Source: Ginkgo biloba (taxonomy: Eukaryota; Plantae; Ginkgophyta). Taken from it: a stretch of DNA of 22,461 nt. The DNA is taken from positions 112,337,605 through 112,360,065 of the forward strand of contig JANKJI020000002.1 of NCBI GenBank assembly GCA_024626585.2, read 5' to 3'. A program made the translations under genes and the position numbers. A model generated the notes under the pieces. The model worked only from the letters and a program-made list of their open reading frames with translations. It did no database searches and was not told the origin of the DNA. Below, piece by piece: positions 22,271 to 22,461 of the stretch (positions are counted from its first letter, which is position 1; each line of letters opens with the position of its first letter).

Positions 22271-22461
22271 GAGTCACGAAAAGTGTTATGGGAGCCATCT
22301 AGTAGTGGGAATAGAGAAGAGGAGTCGTGGAAAGTGCAAAACTGGTGAAAATTGAGAAGAGGAGTCATGGAAAGTGTTGTGAGAGCCATCCACTAGTGGA
22401 AATAAAGGAGAGGAGCCATAAAAATTGTTGTAGGAGCCATCCACTAGTGGAAATAGAGGAG
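22271..22461 (+). repeat. 51-bp tandem repeat within the LTR
   Basis: Units start at 22271, 22322 (40-bp internally deleted unit), 22362 and 22413. Approximate consensus: GAGTCATGGAAAGTGTTGTGGGAGCCATCCACTAGTGGAAATAGAGAAGAG. Confidence 0.9.

Larger units (their letters stand above)
20772..22461 (+). mobile_element. 3' LTR (runs off the window) of the same TGATG...CATCA element
   Basis: Starts TGATGTAG, the inverse of the 5' LTR end CTGCATCA (7/8). It carries the 51-bp repeat found in the upstream LTR. Confidence 0.7.

Noticed and set aside
22271-22461. Repeat array considered as a CRISPR candidate
   Set aside because: The units are contiguous degenerate tandem copies with no unique spacers, there are no cas genes, and the context is a eukaryotic LTR.

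Overview
This is an AT-rich, gap-riddled eukaryotic window, not a prokaryotic one. It has many N-runs, mostly about 100 nt, plus one of about 815 nt. It reads as heterochromatic or intergenic (possibly intronic) DNA from a large plant genome, probably a gymnosperm; that assignment is an inference from element style. I see no intact host gene, RNA gene or CRISPR array. The ORFs in the supplied track are gap-spanning artefacts, short chance ORFs, or open stretches of decayed ORFs. Almost all readable sequence is decayed, nested Ty3/gypsy LTR-retrotransposon debris: two reverse-transcriptase N-terminal remnants, several LTRs with recognisable PBS and PPT, and a decayed accessory ORF upstream of a PPT. 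The most notable structures are: (i) a TGATG...CATCA-type element whose large LTRs enclose only about 200 bp (PBS to PPT); (ii) four co-oriented pieces of one long-LTR family within about 5 kb; (iii) two diverged copies of a unit whose PBS appears joined to the middle of that LTR family; (iv) a ~0.9 kb island that has escaped CG/CHG decay; (v) an unidentified decayed ORF with a thrice-repeated I-x3-W-x3-T-[KR] motif. I found no convincing new biological system. All protein assignments come from manual translation and remembered motifs, not from database searches.
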